A stretch of DNA of 64,000 bases from assembly GCA_046313635.1 (NCBI GenBank), contig JBKBYA010000008.1:1-64000 (forward strand). The letters run 5' to 3'. This document shows, in pieces, positions 61,413 through 64,000 of the stretch (positions are counted from its first letter, which is position 1; every line of letters begins with the position of its first letter). The position numbers and the translations under genes were made by a program. Below the pieces are notes generated by a model. It ran no database searches, had not been told where the DNA came from, and saw only the letters and a program-made list of their open reading frames with translations. Source of the stretch: Pyrinomonadaceae bacterium (GTDB lineage Bacteria; Acidobacteriota; Blastocatellia; Pyrinomonadales; Pyrinomonadaceae).

Positions 61413-62447
61413 ATGAAGACCATTTTTGTCACCGGCGGCGCCGGATTTATCGGCTCCGCCTTTGTACGGCTCGCCCTTGAGACGCAGCCGGGCCTCAGGA
61501 TCGTCAACTACGACGCGCTGACCTACGCCGGCAATCCCGAGAACCTTGCCGAGCTCGCCGGCGACGATCGTCACGAGTTTGTCCGCGGCGACATCTGCGA
61601 TGCCGAAGCGGTCGCCGCGGCCTTGCCCGACGGATGCGACGCGATCTTTAACTTCGCCGCGGAGTCGCACGTCGATCGCAGCATCCTCTCGGCCCACGAG
61701 TTTCTGCGGACGAATGTCGTCGGCACGCAGGTCCTGCTCGATGCCGCTCGGGCCCGGGGCGTCCGCCGGTTCGTACAGGTCTCGACCGACGAGGTGATGG
61801 GCAGCCTGCCGGACGACGACGAAGATTCGTTCTTTACCGAGGCGTCGCCGCTGCGGCCCAATTCGCCCTACGCCGCGTCAAAGGCCGCGGCCGAATTTAT
61901 GGTGCGCGCCGCGCGAGAGACCTTTGGCCTCGACACGGTCGTTACGCGCTGCGGCAACAACTACGGCCCGCGGCAGTTTCCCGAAAAGCTGATCCCGCTG
62001 ATGATCGCCAACGCGATGGCCGACGAGCCGCTGCCCGTCTACGGCGACGGCCGCAACGTCCGCGACTGGATCTATGTCGACGATCACTGCCGGGCGATCT
62101 GGCTCGCGTACGAGAAGGGCCGGCCCGGCGAAGCTTACAACATCGGCGCCCGAAACGAGCGGCGCAATATCGACGTCGTCACCGCCATCCTCGACGCGCT
62201 CGGCAAGCCGCATTCGCTGATCAAATTTGTCGAGGACCGTCTCGGCCACGATCGCCGCTACGCCATCGATCCCGCAAAGGCCGAGAGCGAGCTCGGCTGG
62301 AAGCCGGAGGTGGCGTGGGAAGACGGCCTGCGCACGACGATCGATTGGTACCGGGCAAATCAGTCCTGGGTCGACCACATCCGCAGCGGCGAGTACCGCA
62401 GCTACTATCGCGAGATGTACGGCAGCCGCCTCGGGCATAACGCCTGA
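61413..62447 (+). CDS. rfbB: dTDP-glucose 4,6-dehydratase
   Basis: VTGGAGFIGS, LTYAGN, FAAESHVDRSI, STDEV, YAASKA, QFPEKLIP, GHDRRYA. Confidence 0.96.
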   Translation: MKTIFVTGGAGFIGSAFVRLALETQPGLRIVNYDALTYAGNPENLAELAGDDRHEFVRGDICDAEAVAAALPDGCDAIFNFAAESHVDRSILSAHEFLRTNVVGTQVLLDAARARGVRRFVQVSTDEVMGSLPDDDEDSFFTEASPLRPNSPYAASKAAAEFMVRAARETFGLDTVVTRCGNNYGPRQFPEKLIPLMIANAMADEPLPVYGDGRNVRDWIYVDDHCRAIWLAYEKGRPGEAYNIGARNERRNIDVVTAILDALGKPHSLIKFVEDRLGHDRRYAIDPAKAESELGWKPEVAWEDGLRTTIDWYRANQSWVDHIRSGEYRSYYREMYGSRLGHNA

Positions 62448-62477
62448 TATCGCCCGACGACCGGAACGCAAAGCAAA

Positions 62478-63323
62478 ATGAAGATACTCATCACCGGGGC
62501 AAACGGTATGGTCGCGCGTGCTGCGGCCGAGCATTGCCGCTCGATCGGCGACGATGTCGTTGCGCTCTCGCGGCAGCAGATGGACATCGCGCATCGCCCG
62601 AGCGTCGAAAGCACGATCGCTGACGTCGCCCCTGACGCCGTCATCAACTGCGCCGCCTATACCAATGTCGACGGCGCCGAAGCCGACGAGCAGGCCGCGT
62701 ACGACGCGAACGCGGCCGGCGTCGAAAACCTCGCCGCCGCGTGCCGCATCGTCGGCTCGCGATTTGTCACGATCTCGACCGACTACGTTTTTGACGGCTC
62801 CAAAGACGGCTTTTACACCCAGCGCGACACGCCCGCCCCGCAGGGCGTCTATGCCAGGACCAAACGGCGCGGCGAGATACTCGCGCTCAGCACCTACGCC
62901 CGCTCGATCGTCGTGCGCTCGGGCTGGATCTACGGCGACGGCGGGACAAATTTTTTGAGCGTCATCCCGCGGCTGCTCGCTGAGGGCAAGACGATCAAGG
63001 CGATCGGCGATTCATTCGGCACGCCGACCTACGCCGGCGACCTCGCGCGACGGCTGCGCGAGCTGGCCGAGCTCGACCTGCCATGCATCTTTCACGTAAC
63101 GAACTCGGGCGAAGGAACGAGCTACTACGGATTTGCCGAGAAGGTCTGCGACCTCGGAGGCTTTGATAGGTCGCTCCTCGAGCGCGTGTCAAAAGACGAT
63201 CTCAACCGCCCCGCCCCGAGACCCGCAAACTCAAAGCTCGCCTGCCTTTTCACCCCCCGCCTAGGCCTCGCCCCAATGCCGCCGTGGGACGAGGCCCTGG
63301 AGAGTTTCATGCGTCCCCGGTAG
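62478..63323 (+). CDS. rfbD: dTDP-4-dehydrorhamnose reductase
   Basis: ITGANG, INCAAYTNVD.AE, STDYVFDG, YARTK..GE, APRP. Confidence 0.95.
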   Translation: MKILITGANGMVARAAAEHCRSIGDDVVALSRQQMDIAHRPSVESTIADVAPDAVINCAAYTNVDGAEADEQAAYDANAAGVENLAAACRIVGSRFVTISTDYVFDGSKDGFYTQRDTPAPQGVYARTKRRGEILALSTYARSIVVRSGWIYGDGGTNFLSVIPRLLAEGKTIKAIGDSFGTPTYAGDLARRLRELAELDLPCIFHVTNSGEGTSYYGFAEKVCDLGGFDRSLLERVSKDDLNRPAPRPANSKLACLFTPRLGLAPMPPWDEALESFMRPR

Positions 63324-63454
63324 CTTCTCATCGTCAAATGTCTTGTGCTAGACTCGCGGCACGCAGCTTTTCCGCAATGATCGGTTAGGGTTCCCTTATC
63401 TTGCCCACACCGATCTTTCTACACGATCCTTTGTCGAAGAGAAGATCGGGCTTG

Positions 63455-64000
63455 ATGGACGACATTCTCCTACGCTTTTGGGCAAAAACGTCGCACGACC
63501 CCGACAAGGCTCCAAACGCCTACCATCCGCTCATATGCCACATGATCGACGTCGCCTGCGTTGCTGCGGCGATGTGGGACGCCGTGCTCCCGGATGTGAC
63601 AAAACGACGACTGGCTAAGCCGTTCGGCCTCGATTGCGAGTCGGCAAATTGCACCCACAAAGATGAATACTGCCGACTCACAAGAGCAGGCCGCGTCATC
63701 GCATTCCTCGCCGGCCTCCACGACCTCGGCAAATGCTCACCGCCTTTTGCCTTGCGGGGGAGATATAAGTCGGATGGTAGTCAGACCCAACGGCTCTGTG
63801 CTCTTTACGCAGGGACGGACTGCGACTGCGACTGCTTTGAATCCGCCAGAAATGTGCCCCACGGTTTCGTAACGGCCCTGACGCTGCCCGAGATACTTCA
63901 CGATCGCTTCGGAGTTCAGTTTTCCTTTGCCAAACAACTTTCCGAAATTATTGGCGGCCATCACGGTATCTTCGCTACCGTCAGTGATCTTTCGCGGATC
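63455..64000 (+). CDS. cas3: CRISPR-associated Cas3 HD nuclease domain, 5' part (runs off the window)
   Basis: Translated by hand: MDDILLRFWAKT...YHPLICHMIDVA...LAGLHDLGKCSPPF...PHG...IIGGHHG; open to base 64000 and absent from the ORF track. Confidence 0.9.
   Translation, partial: MDDILLRFWAKTSHDPDKAPNAYHPLICHMIDVACVAAAMWDAVLPDVTKRRLAKPFGLDCESANCTHKDEYCRLTRAGRVIAFLAGLHDLGKCSPPFALRGRYKSDGSQTQRLCALYAGTDCDCDCFESARNVPHGFVTALTLPEILHDRFGVQFSFAKQLSEIIGGHHGIFATVSDLSRI

Overview
Bacterial chromosomal window with high GC content. The gene content (large Ser/Thr kinase-TPR and kinase-propeller proteins, zinc-ribbon membrane proteins) suggests Acidobacteriota, probably Blastocatellia/Pyrinomonadaceae; this assignment is inference. 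It opens with an SOS mutagenesis cassette (imuA-imuB-dnaE2 plus a SRAP gene). Housekeeping and accessory genes follow: mscS, namZ, hppA, carA, lepB, cdsA, aspS, cstA, terC/alx with a yybP-ykoY riboswitch, serC, selA, csp, kynA, hemW, purL, rfbB and rfbD. The window ends in the 5' part of a CRISPR cas3 HD-domain gene that the ORF track missed. Most notable observations: (1) a complete-looking ribosome-mediated attenuator upstream of aspS, with leader peptide MNALRSDDNNS, an overlapping antiterminator and a terminator; (2) a rich set of tiny repeat elements (30-bp REP-like inverted pairs, 7-mer arrays and 9-mer arrays in inverted pairs) lying between genes and also inserted in frame into dnaE2, hemW and purL; (3) two candidate mobilisers of such repeats, a GxxExxY nuclease gene bracketed by 30-bp inverted 9-mer arrays and a Y1/HUH transposase bracketed by about 100-bp multi-hairpin inverted repeats; (4) a more AT-rich 8.9-11.5 kb stretch with three adjacent damaged genes. 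No tRNA, rRNA or CRISPR array was seen. All product calls come from reading motifs by eye; no database search was run.
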